61,911 bases of DNA, from positions 1 to 61,911 of the IMG/VR virus record IMGVR_UViG_3300043464_001367, one strand, 5' to 3'. The DNA is from a virus (Duplodnaviria; Caudoviricetes). The translations under genes and the position numbers were made by a program. The notes below the pieces were generated by a model. The model saw nothing but the letters and a program-made list of their open reading frames with translations. It was not told where the DNA came from and made no database searches. Of this stretch, positions 19,580 through 28,719 are shown one piece after another (position 1 is the stretch's first letter; every line of letters begins with the position of its first letter).

Positions 19580-20575
19580 ATGAGCGAGTTAAACAACCTA
19601 GACGGGTATGACTTCAGTGACGCATACCTGGTTCCACAATATTCAACAGTCGAAACAAGATCTCAAGTTGATATCGGAGTAACGATCAATGCAAACTGGA
19701 GGCTTAGTATTCCTGTTGTTTCTTCAAACATGGATACTGTGACAGAAGCAAGGATGGCTGCTACTATGTACCATGCTGGTGCTGCTGGGGCAATCCATCG
19801 TTTCATGTCAATCGAGGATAACGTTAGAATGTACGCAGAAGCTACAGAAGCATTCGTTTCTGTTGGTGTTAACAGGGACAGCAAAGAAAGAACAGCAGCA
19901 CTCTACGCTGCTGGAGCTCGTTACTTTGTGATTGATATCGCTCACGGCCATTCAAAGATGATGAAGGACATGATTGAGTGGATGAAGACTGAATATCGTG
20001 ATGTTTTCTTGATGGCAGGAAACGTAGCCACCACACAAGGAGCTTTTGATCTGGCTTATTGGGGTGCTGATGCGATCAAGGTTGGGATCGGCCCAGGAGC
20101 GGTTTGTCTAACCAAGAATGTTACAGGTGTTACAGTTCCGCAACTTGGAGCAATTCAAGCTTGTGCATTGGCAGAACGAAAGTGGAATGATCTGCGACGT
20201 GGAGACTTTCCGCTTGTGGTTGCAGATGGTGGCATCAGGGAGTATGGAGATGCCGCTAAAGCCATTGCTGCGGGTGCTGACATGGTTATGATTGGTGGTT
20301 TGTTTGCTGGCACGGATGAAACTCCTGGCAGGAAAGATCCCCATGGCAAAAAGGTGTATCGAGGGATGGCGTCCAGGGATGCGATGCGATCCATCCGAGT
20401 TGGAGAGTCACTTCCAACTCCAGAAGGAGCATCCGTGCTTGTTGACTCAAAAGGACCAGTAACAAATATCCTTCAAGACATTGCTGGTGGTCTTAGAAGT
20501 GCATTTTCTTACTCGGATGCAAGAACAGTGAAAGAATTCCAAAACAAGGCTGTTTTTGGAATCAGAAGAAGATAG
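19580..20575 (+). CDS. IMP dehydrogenase / GMP reductase family protein (no CBS domains)
   Basis: [35 protein letters not shown] (catalytic Cys), ADGGI, YRGMAS, PEG; guaB vs guaC not resolvable by eye. Confidence 0.92.
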   Translation: MSELNNLDGYDFSDAYLVPQYSTVETRSQVDIGVTINANWRLSIPVVSSNMDTVTEARMAATMYHAGAAGAIHRFMSIEDNVRMYAEATEAFVSVGVNRDSKERTAALYAAGARYFVIDIAHGHSKMMKDMIEWMKTEYRDVFLMAGNVATTQGAFDLAYWGADAIKVGIGPGAVCLTKNVTGVTVPQLGAIQACALAERKWNDLRRGDFPLVVADGGIREYGDAAKAIAAGADMVMIGGLFAGTDETPGRKDPHGKKVYRGMASRDAMRSIRVGESLPTPEGASVLVDSKGPVTNILQDIAGGLRSAFSYSDARTVKEFQNKAVFGIRRR

Positions 20576-20596
20576 ACTCGGTTTGAAGAAAACACC

Positions 20597-21472
20597 ATGA
20601 CCATTCACCTACCCCTATTTCAAGACAAAACAATTCTCCCAACCGGGAAGCACCACGTCTCTTATTCAGAAGTCAACACGGCTGCTGGAACTGATGGTTG
20701 TGGTTGGAAACACAAGCTTGTCTATGTTGATGGTCATCGAGAACCAGACAACGAACACACAACTTACGGAAGAACTCTTCACGCTTTGCTGCAAGAGTGG
20801 ATGTTTGAGAAAGACAGCGTTTGGTACGATTTTCAAGAAAAAATAGAAGAGTGTCAACAAGAGGTTAAGAGAATCTTTGGTGAAGTTGGTTTCAATCCAA
20901 GTCCTGAAAAGTTAGAAGCAGAGTGGATTGCGCCTGTTGAGACAATGTTGTCGCAAGTTCCAGGTTGGATGGATGAAACCTTTCCAGGTTGGAAGCCCGT
21001 TGCAGCAGAAATCCAGTTGTTTGAACCGATCAAAGGTCATACCAACAAGTGGTTCAAGGGTTTTATTGATGCTGTGATTCGTGTTCCAAAAAAACCAAGA
21101 AAAGGAAGCAAGAAACCTGCTTCTGGCTATTTCTATTGGATCTTAGACTGGAAGACAACATCTTGGGGTTGGGATGCCCAGAAAAAGCAAGACAAGTTTA
21201 AGCGAATGCAGTTGGCACTCTACAAGCACTATCTTAGTTTGAAACTGGGAATCCCTCTTGAGGATATCAAGTGTGGGTTTGTTTTGCTTAAAAGAACTGC
21301 CAAGGCTGGCAACAACCTTGAACTCCTAGAAGTTTCGGTTGGCGATAAAACCCGTCAAGAAGCGGTTGATCTTGTCGCCTCATCTATCAGTATGATCTCC
21401 AGGCGTTTTTGGATCAAGAACAGGAATGCTTGTCGTTTTTGCCCGTTCAGAGGAACTGAGTTATGTCCGTAA
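20597..21472 (+). CDS. PD-(D/E)XK nuclease (RecB/Cas4-like exonuclease)
   Basis: VSYS, GRTLH, GFIDAV, ILDWKT, QLALY, C-terminal CRFCPF..C. Confidence 0.85.
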   Translation: MTIHLPLFQDKTILPTGKHHVSYSEVNTAAGTDGCGWKHKLVYVDGHREPDNEHTTYGRTLHALLQEWMFEKDSVWYDFQEKIEECQQEVKRIFGEVGFNPSPEKLEAEWIAPVETMLSQVPGWMDETFPGWKPVAAEIQLFEPIKGHTNKWFKGFIDAVIRVPKKPRKGSKKPASGYFYWILDWKTTSWGWDAQKKQDKFKRMQLALYKHYLSLKLGIPLEDIKCGFVLLKRTAKAGNNLELLEVSVGDKTRQEAVDLVASSISMISRRFWIKNRNACRFCPFRGTELCP

Positions 21473-21840
21473 CACCCAAAAAAAAATCTGTAAAAAGACA
21501 CACTTCAACACTGAGGTACAACGTAATTCTTGCTGGCGTTCAACTCACCTTGAAAGAAGCCGGTGAGAAGCTCAATGGCATCAGGCGTCAAAGCAAGGGA
21601 AGGAACTTCTCTCCTTCTGAGCGTGACATCAGGATGCAACTGCGTTTGATGAAGGAAGCTGTTGCTCTGGCCGAAGAAGAGCTTGACAAGCACATGACTG
21701 TCTATGATGAAGCCAAGTTTTTCTCCGTAACCAACCCGGTTGCGCTACCCAATGGTTCATGCCCCGAGTGTAGAGACAAAGATTGCAATGGGTGTTGTGA
21801 CAGCGGCACACCAGAAGTCAAAGTGAGCGAAGAGGCATGA
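21463..21840 (+). CDS. Hypothetical protein with Cys cluster
   Basis: CPECRDKDCNGCC. Confidence 0.6.
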   Translation: MSVTPKKKSVKRHTSTLRYNVILAGVQLTLKEAGEKLNGIRRQSKGRNFSPSERDIRMQLRLMKEAVALAEEELDKHMTVYDEAKFFSVTNPVALPNGSCPECRDKDCNGCCDSGTPEVKVSEEA

Positions 21841-22859
21841 TTCCAAGGATATCGGCCTATACCACTGTCAGGAATGCAGATTCAATGGACTACCCTTACT
21901 TGGAATCCATTGAATCTATGCTTCAGTTTGCTGATGAAGTTGTTGTTCTGGATTCCAGTGATGGGGTTGATGACACATTGATCAAACTCAACAACCTTGC
22001 AAGAACTGATAAACGTGTTCGGGTTGTTCATTCAGATCAGTTTGATTGGAAGGCTCCAAATCATGGAATCTTTGATGGTCAAACAAAAGCTCTTGCTAGA
22101 TCTCTTTGCAACAATGACTTCTTGTGGCAGTTCGATACTGATGAGATCGTTCACGAGCTTGATGCGCCCAAGATCCGTCCCTTGATTGAAAAACTCCAGT
22201 ACCTTCAGAAATGCCCGATCATGGCTTTGCCGGTTGTTGAGTATTGGGGATCAACCGGCAAAGTAAGAGCAGACATCAATCCTTGGAAGGCAAGGCTGTC
22301 ACGCAACCTCCCAGACATAACACACGGCATCCCTTCTCACCTGAGAAGAACGTTCAACGGTTTGGACTACGCATCACCAGGAACAGACACATGTGACTAC
22401 ATCTCAAAGAGCACAGGTAAAGTTCTTCCTGTCATGGGTTTCATGAGTCAAGACATAGAAGCGGTTCGTTTGATGTCTCTGAGAAATCACAAACTACTGC
22501 CATCTTACGAGAAGTGGTTCAATGAAACGGTTGATCAGATCCCAGGAGTGTTTCACTATTCCTGGTTCTCTGTTGAGAGAAAGATCAAACAATACAAGGT
22601 TTTTTGGACTTCGTTCTGGAAGGCAATGTATGGACCTGATTCATCACAAAACAAAGATCCAAACTGGAATCCGTTCTTTGAAGTTCCATGGGATCAAGTC
22701 ACTGACCAGATGATCAAAGACAAAGCAGTTGAACTTGAAACAAAAACAGGTGGTCACATCTTTCATTCAAGATGGACAGGAACCCAAACTCCACATGTCA
22801 CAATTCACAGAACCCATCCCAGAATGATCAAAGAGTGGGTTGCTGGACATGGAAAATGA
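21837..22859 (+). CDS. Glycosyltransferase family 2-like
   Basis: ADEVVVLDSS..DDT, WQFDTDE (DxD motif). Confidence 0.85.
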   Translation: MIPRISAYTTVRNADSMDYPYLESIESMLQFADEVVVLDSSDGVDDTLIKLNNLARTDKRVRVVHSDQFDWKAPNHGIFDGQTKALARSLCNNDFLWQFDTDEIVHELDAPKIRPLIEKLQYLQKCPIMALPVVEYWGSTGKVRADINPWKARLSRNLPDITHGIPSHLRRTFNGLDYASPGTDTCDYISKSTGKVLPVMGFMSQDIEAVRLMSLRNHKLLPSYEKWFNETVDQIPGVFHYSWFSVERKIKQYKVFWTSFWKAMYGPDSSQNKDPNWNPFFEVPWDQVTDQMIKDKAVELETKTGGHIFHSRWTGTQTPHVTIHRTHPRMIKEWVAGHGK

Positions 22860-23013
22860 ACTGGTTTACAAGAAAAACACTAGAAGGTTGAAAGCTGTTT
22901 GGTCGATAGAAATGGCAGACGATCTTAGTGGTTTTTACGGAATCATCCATGACAGCCCACTGACCAGGAAACTCTTAAAGGCTGGCTTGAAAATAAAAAC
23001 CAGAGCTAGGTAA
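22849..23013 (+). CDS. 54 aa mini-protein: MCP fragment plus KAGLKI module
   Basis: MENELVYKKNTRRLKAVWSIEMADDLSGFYGIIHDSPLTRKLLKAGLKIKTRAR; 14/22 identical to MCP TRKLRARWSPEMAQDLTAFYSI; not in ORF track. Confidence 0.75.
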   Translation: MENELVYKKNTRRLKAVWSIEMADDLSGFYGIIHDSPLTRKLLKAGLKIKTRAR

Positions 23014-23035
23014 CTGTCAGGACAACAAAAGAACA

Positions 23036-23386
23036 ATGTTATTTTACAACCGAACAGAACTTAGACGCGGAGACATCTTTCACGGAAAATGCACTTGTTT
23101 TGAGGTGTTTAACGAGTCCCCCTCTATTGCTGAACCAAATGCTTTGTTTTTGTTTGAAGTCCAGCTTGTTGCGTTGAATCGTGTCCAAAACATTCCATGC
23201 GGCGAATATGAACGTCGTTCGTTTTCGGATAAACTCCTAGATGTTATTCTTTTAAGATCTATCAAGCGTTGTTTGCACACCGGCTGGGTTTGCAAAGCAT
23301 TTAACAGGTCGGGTTTCTTGGGTTTTTTCTTGGTGGATGAAGACCAACTGCGTGAAATGGAAGTTATAGGTAAAGAGTTTATATGA
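23036..23386 (+). CDS. Hypothetical protein
   Basis: 116 aa, ATGA overlap with downstream GT. Confidence 0.6.
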   Translation: MLFYNRTELRRGDIFHGKCTCFEVFNESPSIAEPNALFLFEVQLVALNRVQNIPCGEYERRSFSDKLLDVILLRSIKRCLHTGWVCKAFNRSGFLGFFLVDEDQLREMEVIGKEFI

Positions 23387-24225
23387 GTGAAACACAAAAC
23401 AACTGCACTTGTGAAGCAATTAAAAAACACATGGATTTTAAATGGAACCCTTCTGAGCAAGAGCCTCACCACCCAGACTGCTCAGACCATGAAGTGACAG
23501 CAACAGATCTTCCACTGATCACAGTGGTTGTGCCATGCTACAACCATGGCAGATACCTTGAAGAGTGTGTTGAAAGTCTGTTGAATCAGACCTACAGCCT
23601 TCTTGAGATCATCATTGTCAACGATGGCTCTTCTGACAACACAGAAGAAGTAAGCAAGAGGCTCCTTGGTCGTGACAAAAGAATCAAGTACATCGGGTTT
23701 CCAAAGAACACAGGCAAGTGGAACTGTTTGAACACTGCGATTGACAACTGTAAGGGTTTGATCATCACCTGCCAGGATGCCGACGACCTAGCCACTCCAG
23801 ATCGCATAGAAAGGCAGTTTAAAGCCCTTCAAGCAACCGAGAGTGTCCATAACCTGTGCGGGTTCTATCACTGCCATTCTGAAGAGGATGTGGCAAGACA
23901 CAAGAACTCCAGAGTGGAAGGAACGATGAAGATCATTCCATCCGAGACTGTTTCCCAGATGGTTGAGTACGGATTCACAACCCCAGGAATCAACCATTAT
24001 TTTACTGCTGATTTTGAAACAGCCGGAACATCAGCCATGTTTCTCAAGGCTCTTTGGAACGTTGGGATCAGATTCAATCCCCCAGGTGTTGGACTTCGAA
24101 TTGCCAACTCCGAGGATTCAGACTTTAACGTTCGAGCAACAATGATTCTAAGAAACACCACGGTCTTGGCAGAACATCTGTACCTTTACAGAAGAGGAAC
24201 GAGCACAAACAATGAGTCGAGATGA
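23383..24225 (+). CDS. Glycosyltransferase family 2
   Basis: ITVVVPCYN, EIIIVNDGSSD, QDADD, SEDSDF. Confidence 0.92.
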   Translation: MSETQNNCTCEAIKKHMDFKWNPSEQEPHHPDCSDHEVTATDLPLITVVVPCYNHGRYLEECVESLLNQTYSLLEIIIVNDGSSDNTEEVSKRLLGRDKRIKYIGFPKNTGKWNCLNTAIDNCKGLIITCQDADDLATPDRIERQFKALQATESVHNLCGFYHCHSEEDVARHKNSRVEGTMKIIPSETVSQMVEYGFTTPGINHYFTADFETAGTSAMFLKALWNVGIRFNPPGVGLRIANSEDSDFNVRATMILRNTTVLAEHLYLYRRGTSTNNESR

Positions 24226-24517
24226 TGGTTTAAAGACTGGCCTTAACATCTTCTGGTTTTTCTCTGGCGCACATCAAGTAAAACCACTGGGAAAATGGAA
24301 ATATTGGCATGGCCATGGGCCAGCGATGAAAATCGAGATAAGTCTTGATGAAACAGACATCTCCCCGGAAGATGCATATAGAATTACAAACGAAATCCTT
24401 TTGGATTTCAATATCGATTTCCAAGTAAGATGGAAAGAGAGATTGGAGCTCTTTAAAAGGAATAAAAAACTACGATCAAGGATAACACCACCTTGTTTAG
24501 AATGCGAAGAGGAGTAA
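24212..24517 (+). CDS. Hypothetical protein
   Basis: 101 aa inserted ORF overlapping GT stop. Confidence 0.55.
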   Translation: MSRDDGLKTGLNIFWFFSGAHQVKPLGKWKYWHGHGPAMKIEISLDETDISPEDAYRITNEILLDFNIDFQVRWKERLELFKRNKKLRSRITPPCLECEEE

Positions 24518-24522
24518 GAAAC

Positions 24523-24738
24523 ATGGGATTAAGTGCTGGTGCTATCTGTGCAATGAGTGATGAAGAATTTGATGAATGGTCAACGTATTATGAGAAACCG
24601 CCAATAGATGGGTGGAAGTTGGTAAAGGAAGAAATCCACAATTCTGTCGAACTGAACGCTGTTGTTAAAGTATTGGTTGAACGAGATGTGCGAATGGGTA
24701 CATTGCGCACTTCCTTAGAAGTCATTTCAAAGAAATAA
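24523..24738 (+). CDS. Hypothetical protein
   Basis: GAGGAG RBS before ATG 24523. Confidence 0.6.
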   Translation: MGLSAGAICAMSDEEFDEWSTYYEKPPIDGWKLVKEEIHNSVELNAVVKVLVERDVRMGTLRTSLEVISKK

Positions 24739-24743
24739 AGACC

Positions 24744-24938
24744 ATGCCATCAATAAAAATTGAAAAGAAATCACTGGGAAGCAACTACAGAGAAAACGCT
24801 CTTGAACCTTCAAGTTGGAATCCAACAAGAAACATTTTCTACATTGATGTTTCAAACTTATCTCCCAAAGAAACCGAGATGTTCATGAATGGGGTTCAAT
24901 CCACTTTGAAAGCAATGAAAGAATTGGCAAACACATGA
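24744..24938 (+). CDS. 64 aa mini-protein containing a portal clip-region fragment
   Basis: NPTRNIFYIDVSNLSPKETEMFMNGVQSTLK vs portal SPERRVFYVDVGTVAPNDIPNYMQTVMSTIR (11/31 identical, ungapped). Confidence 0.7.
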   Translation: MPSIKIEKKSLGSNYRENALEPSSWNPTRNIFYIDVSNLSPKETEMFMNGVQSTLKAMKELANT

Positions 24939-25633
24939 AAATAAGCTTGTTAACACCAACCAGAGGCAGACCTCATGCAATGCAGCGACTCTGGGAGTCT
25001 GCATGGAACACAGCGGATAACAAAACGGATCTGGAGATCGTGTTCTACATGGATCACGACGATGTTCATTCTCTTGAGCAGTTTGAGAAGATGGACTCTC
25101 CACAACATCTTGGCATCTGTGGCCAGCGCATTGTTCTTTCAGAGATGTGGAATGAGTGTTCCAAGGTTGCAACAGGAGAGATCTTGATGCACTGCGGCGA
25201 TGACATCATCTTTAGATCCCAGGGCTGGGACACGCTTGTCAGAAAACACATTGGTTCATTTCCAGACAAGATAGCATTTGTCCACGGCATGGATGGAATT
25301 CAAAACGAAAAACTAGGAACACATGGCTTCTTGCACCGTAATTGGGTTAATACTGTTGGTTATTTTGTCCCTCCTTATTTTAGTTGCGACTATAACGATA
25401 CATGGCTGACTGAGGTTTCTTCCATGATAGGAAGAAGAATCTATGAGCCAAGAATCTACACAGAGCACATGCACTGGGCTGTTGGAAAACAACCTAGAGA
25501 TCAAACTTACTCAGACACAATGGCAAGAGGTCACAGAGACAACGTAACTGCGATGTATGAGTCAATGCGTCCAAAACGCAAAGAAGATGCCGAGAAACTC
25601 AGAGAGTTCATTAAAAGCGGTAAATGGACATGA
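24935..25633 (+). CDS. Glycosyltransferase family 2-like
   Basis: ISLLTPTRGR, YMDHDD, CGDD, DYNDTW. Confidence 0.85.
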   Translation: MKISLLTPTRGRPHAMQRLWESAWNTADNKTDLEIVFYMDHDDVHSLEQFEKMDSPQHLGICGQRIVLSEMWNECSKVATGEILMHCGDDIIFRSQGWDTLVRKHIGSFPDKIAFVHGMDGIQNEKLGTHGFLHRNWVNTVGYFVPPYFSCDYNDTWLTEVSSMIGRRIYEPRIYTEHMHWAVGKQPRDQTYSDTMARGHRDNVTAMYESMRPKRKEDAEKLREFIKSGKWT

Positions 25634-25935
25634 ACTATTATGGAAAATATTGCAGAGGCAATCCGTCGGGATATTTGATGTATTTGTCACTGTCTCAAAA
25701 CAACGACCCAACCAAATGTGGATTTTTTGTTTGCATTGACAACGATGATCACAATGTTTCAAAAGACTTCTACGAACTTCGAAAAGTAATAAAAATTCTT
25801 AATCGAAAGGGTTTGGATGTTAAGGTGTTTATCAATCCTAGATTTGCAGACCAGGCTTCCATGGAAGCCTGGGTTCAAAAACAGTTACCAGGACATGCAA
25901 TCTTTCTTAAATACCAAGAAGAAATCGAACAATGA
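25624..25935 (+). CDS. Hypothetical protein
   Basis: 103 aa inserted ORF with ATGA overlap; contains LNRKGLDVKV. Confidence 0.55.
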   Translation: MDMNYYGKYCRGNPSGYLMYLSLSQNNDPTKCGFFVCIDNDDHNVSKDFYELRKVIKILNRKGLDVKVFINPRFADQASMEAWVQKQLPGHAIFLKYQEEIEQ

Positions 25936-26996
25936 ATAAACTACCAGTATTCCAACCAACCAGCCAACTAGAACCCGCAATAAAAGAAAGTGTGAGCTAT
26001 GAGCAGCTTACTCAAGCCTATTCAACCTGGGGTGGTAAGCTGCTTCAACACACAGACGTTTTGCATGGGATTCAGGTGCAAAAAGAGTTTCGGCCCATCA
26101 CTGTGCAGCTTGCCCCAACAGAAGCTTGTGATTCAAACTGTCCATTCTGTTCTGTGTCTTGGAGATCTGTTGACAAAAAGATTCCATTCTCAGTGATTGA
26201 GAAAGGCTTGAGAGAGTTCAGGGCTCTTGGTGCTAAGTCCATTGAACTAACAGGCGGTGGCAATCCATTGATCTACAGAGATGGGACCAAGAACATCAAC
26301 GACGTGATTGAGTTGGCTCATGACCTTGGTTATGAGATAGGCGTTATCACAAACACTGAGAAGCTGTCTCGGCATATCAAACCAGAGAATGCCGACAAGC
26401 TATCTTGGATTCGAATCTCTCTGATCAAGCTGGATGAAGGAAAGAATCCTGAAGACTATGATTTTACTGGGTTTCCCATTGACAAGATGGGGTTCTCCTA
26501 CATCATCTATGAAGGAACCACTGTTCAGTCCATTGAGAAGATTGCCAAGCTTGTGGAGCTAAACCCTGAGATCAAGTTCGTTAGAATTGCATCCGATTGC
26601 TTGACCGAAGAGTCACTAACCATCAAGAATGACTGGGGTGACATTGTGAAAACACTGGATGTTCACCAGAAGTTCTTCATCAAAGAAATCAATGACAGTT
26701 TCCATGCCTATGAAGGTGGATGCTGGGTTGGGATGATCAGACCATACTGGGTTTGGAATGGTGTCTACATGTGTACTTCTCATGTGCTGAAACACAGAAA
26801 CTACCATGACACCTGGAAGTTGTGTGATGGCGACAAGATCAAAGAAACATGGGATGCCATGAATGCTCGCTTCAAAGCAGGTCAGAATCCATATGACATC
26901 AAGATCAAAGAGGAGTGCTGGCACTGTTATTACTATAACAACAACCGGCTTCTTGCTGATGTTATCAACGAACTGCCTGACAAAAACTTTGCATAA
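25932..26996 (+). CDS. Radical SAM protein with SPASM/twitch-like C-terminus
   Basis: CDSNCPFC (CxxxCxxC), TGGGNP, C-terminal Cys motifs CW..YMC..CWHCYY. Confidence 0.92.
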   Translation: MNKLPVFQPTSQLEPAIKESVSYEQLTQAYSTWGGKLLQHTDVLHGIQVQKEFRPITVQLAPTEACDSNCPFCSVSWRSVDKKIPFSVIEKGLREFRALGAKSIELTGGGNPLIYRDGTKNINDVIELAHDLGYEIGVITNTEKLSRHIKPENADKLSWIRISLIKLDEGKNPEDYDFTGFPIDKMGFSYIIYEGTTVQSIEKIAKLVELNPEIKFVRIASDCLTEESLTIKNDWGDIVKTLDVHQKFFIKEINDSFHAYEGGCWVGMIRPYWVWNGVYMCTSHVLKHRNYHDTWKLCDGDKIKETWDAMNARFKAGQNPYDIKIKEECWHCYYYNNNRLLADVINELPDKNFA

Positions 26997-27020
26997 CAAT
27001 TGTTTAGGAAACAAAGAAAG

Positions 27021-27167
27021 ATGCAACGAAACCAACTTCTGTTGATGATCAGGAAATCAGGTTTAAAAGTTGATTATTCAATCAAACAAGTGATAATACA
27101 AATATCAGAAGATATTGACCGAATGATTTTGGATGATTTGATAAAACTGGGGGCTCGTCGTGAGTAA
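27021..27167 (+). CDS. 48 aa mini-protein: KSGLKV module plus MCP fragment
   Basis: MQRNQLLLMIRKSGLKVDYSIKQVIIQISEDIDRMILDDLIKLGARRE; ISEDIDRMILDDL vs MCP ITLDIDREILNDL 9/13 identical. Confidence 0.7.
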   Translation: MQRNQLLLMIRKSGLKVDYSIKQVIIQISEDIDRMILDDLIKLGARRE

Positions 27168-27333
27168 GCCCAGTTTGACGATCAATGCGTTTTTCACTGA
27201 GTTTCTTGAGCAGTCAAGTCCAATCTTTATTCCTTATGTGCCTTTGCAAGTAACGCCATCGTTTGTTGTTAACAACCCTTTGCATGGGAAACTAAGAAAA
27301 GCAGGATTGAAGATTCGCGTCAAGCATCTTTGA
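27160..27333 (+). CDS. 57 aa mini-protein: MCP fragment plus KAGLKI module
   Basis: (V/M)SKPSLTINAFFTEFLEQSSPIFIPYVPLQVTPSFVVNNPLHGKLRKAGLKIRVKHL vs MCP FLESGYIYAPYVPLILTP. Confidence 0.7.
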   Translation: MSKPSLTINAFFTEFLEQSSPIFIPYVPLQVTPSFVVNNPLHGKLRKAGLKIRVKHL

Positions 27334-27345
27334 ACTAGCGTCTTA

Positions 27346-27588
27346 GTGCCTTTTCGCAAACAAACCATGGAGGTTGTTATGAGCATAAGCATGACACAGG
27401 CTCGAATCTACAGAGCGCAAATGTACAATCAAGGAAAGCTTCTGGCAAAGATCAAAAAATCGGGTTTGAAAGTTGAATCTTTGGCAGAAAGAATGATAAA
27501 ACAAATATCAAAAGATTTTGATCAGATGGCTTCGGTTAATTTGGTTGGATTTAGTAAACTGGTGCCTCTTTGTAAACAAACGAGTTAG
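27346..27588 (+). CDS. Mini-protein paralogous to 27021-27167 (KSGLKV module plus diverged MCP helix)
   Basis: LLAKIKKSGLKVESLAERMIKQISKDFDQM vs LLLMIRKSGLKVDYSIKQVIIQISEDIDRM; true start may be downstream after GGAGG. Confidence 0.65.
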   Translation: MPFRKQTMEVVMSISMTQARIYRAQMYNQGKLLAKIKKSGLKVESLAERMIKQISKDFDQMASVNLVGFSKLVPLCKQTS

Positions 27589-28197
27589 ATGATGTCAAAC
27601 ACAGATCCATTAACATACAATGCCGATTACTACAAAACCTCAAACTATGCTGACTACATGGAGCGTTCAGACCGCTACAAAAAGACAGCATATGAGATTT
27701 CCAACCTGCTGAAGCAGTTAAGTCTTGCAACCAACGACTCTTGTTTGCTTGATTACGGCTGTGCAATTGGCTTTCTGATGGAGGGCTTCAAGGAAGTTGG
27801 ACACAAGAACGTCATAGGCTTTGAAGTCTCAGAATGGGCTGCTGGTGAAGCTCTGAACCGTGGCAACGCAGTCACTACCAACCTTGAAAAGCTAGCAGAC
27901 AGAAACATTGATGTCATGGTTTCTTTGGATGTGTTTGAACACATGACTGACGAAGAAGTTTTTAGTGCCATCGACAACACAAACCCAAGAGCTCTTGTTG
28001 TGAGAATCCCAGTTTCAACGGATGGTGGGAAAACTTTTCACCTTGCTGTTTCAAGAGCAGACAAAACCCACATCAACTGTAAAACTTCGGATCAGTGGAT
28101 TGAGTTCTTTGCTTCTATTGGGTACAGAACCTTCTTGAGACTCAATCTGTTCACTGTCTATGACACACCAGGAGTGCTGTGTTTGTTGATACTATGA
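27589..28197 (+). CDS. Class I SAM-dependent methyltransferase
   Basis: LLDYGCAIG motif I, GFEVS, DVFEHM. Confidence 0.9.
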   Translation: MMSNTDPLTYNADYYKTSNYADYMERSDRYKKTAYEISNLLKQLSLATNDSCLLDYGCAIGFLMEGFKEVGHKNVIGFEVSEWAAGEALNRGNAVTTNLEKLADRNIDVMVSLDVFEHMTDEEVFSAIDNTNPRALVVRIPVSTDGGKTFHLAVSRADKTHINCKTSDQWIEFFASIGYRTFLRLNLFTVYDTPGVLCLLIL

Positions 28198-28637
28198 CAA
28201 AAGAAAATACAATGCAGTTTGAAACTGATTTAAAAGAAAGATTCTTTAAAGCGCAACCCGACGGCACTGTGCATGAGATAACAGAAAAAGAGTACAGGGG
28301 TGGTTTTAGCAGACTTTATCCTTACGCACACTTTCACGATCCCGGTGCAACTGCCAAGGATGTTCTGATAAAACTGGGAAAAGGCTTGGAAACTGGCTCT
28401 GTTTCAATCGAAGAGGCCGTTGGTTTCCTTAACGCTTCGAAGCTTGTGTTTCTTAACACACACACCAACATGCTTTCGCAGTGGTTTTACGAGGAACCAG
28501 ACTCGTATAGTCGAGCAATTTTCCACAACGCCACTTCTTGTTCTTGTTTGTGTGGACCTCTGAGTGATCCTTGCAATGAACAAGGGCCTGGTTCCAAAGT
28601 AAGCTTTTCGTTTAAGAAAGAAGAAACACTGAGATGA
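28179..28637 (+). CDS. Hypothetical protein
   Basis: ORF ends KKEETLR in an ATGA overlap with ugd stub 1; start possibly 28194. Confidence 0.6.
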   Translation: MFVDTMTKENTMQFETDLKERFFKAQPDGTVHEITEKEYRGGFSRLYPYAHFHDPGATAKDVLIKLGKGLETGSVSIEEAVGFLNASKLVFLNTHTNMLSQWFYEEPDSYSRAIFHNATSCSCLCGPLSDPCNEQGPGSKVSFSFKKEETLR

Positions 28638-28705
28638 AGATTGGATTTATGGGCCTTGGGAAATTGGGTTGATTATTTATTCGCATGAAGTTCACGGCTC
28701 CTAAA
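28615..28705 (+). repeat. 91-bp direct repeat, copy 1
   Basis: 77/91 nt identical to 28991-29081 by manual alignment. Confidence 0.95.
28634..28672 (+). pseudogene. ugd 5' stub 1 (MKIGFMGLGKLG-stop)
   Basis: Matches the N-terminus MRIGMMGLGKLG of the 29848 gene. Confidence 0.85.
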
Positions 28706-28719
28706 TATGAGAATGTCAA

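Noticed and set aside
20597-21472. Cas4 as part of a CRISPR system
   Set aside because: No repeat-spacer array or other cas genes seen; solo PD-(D/E)XK nucleases are common in phages.
25624-25935. Portal fragment (ELRKVIKILNRKGLD vs ELNKLAILHLYAKGFD)
   Set aside because: Needs a gap and is explained equally well by the GLK-like module or a Toprim-like CIDND..L..GL.V pattern; not counted as a mimic.
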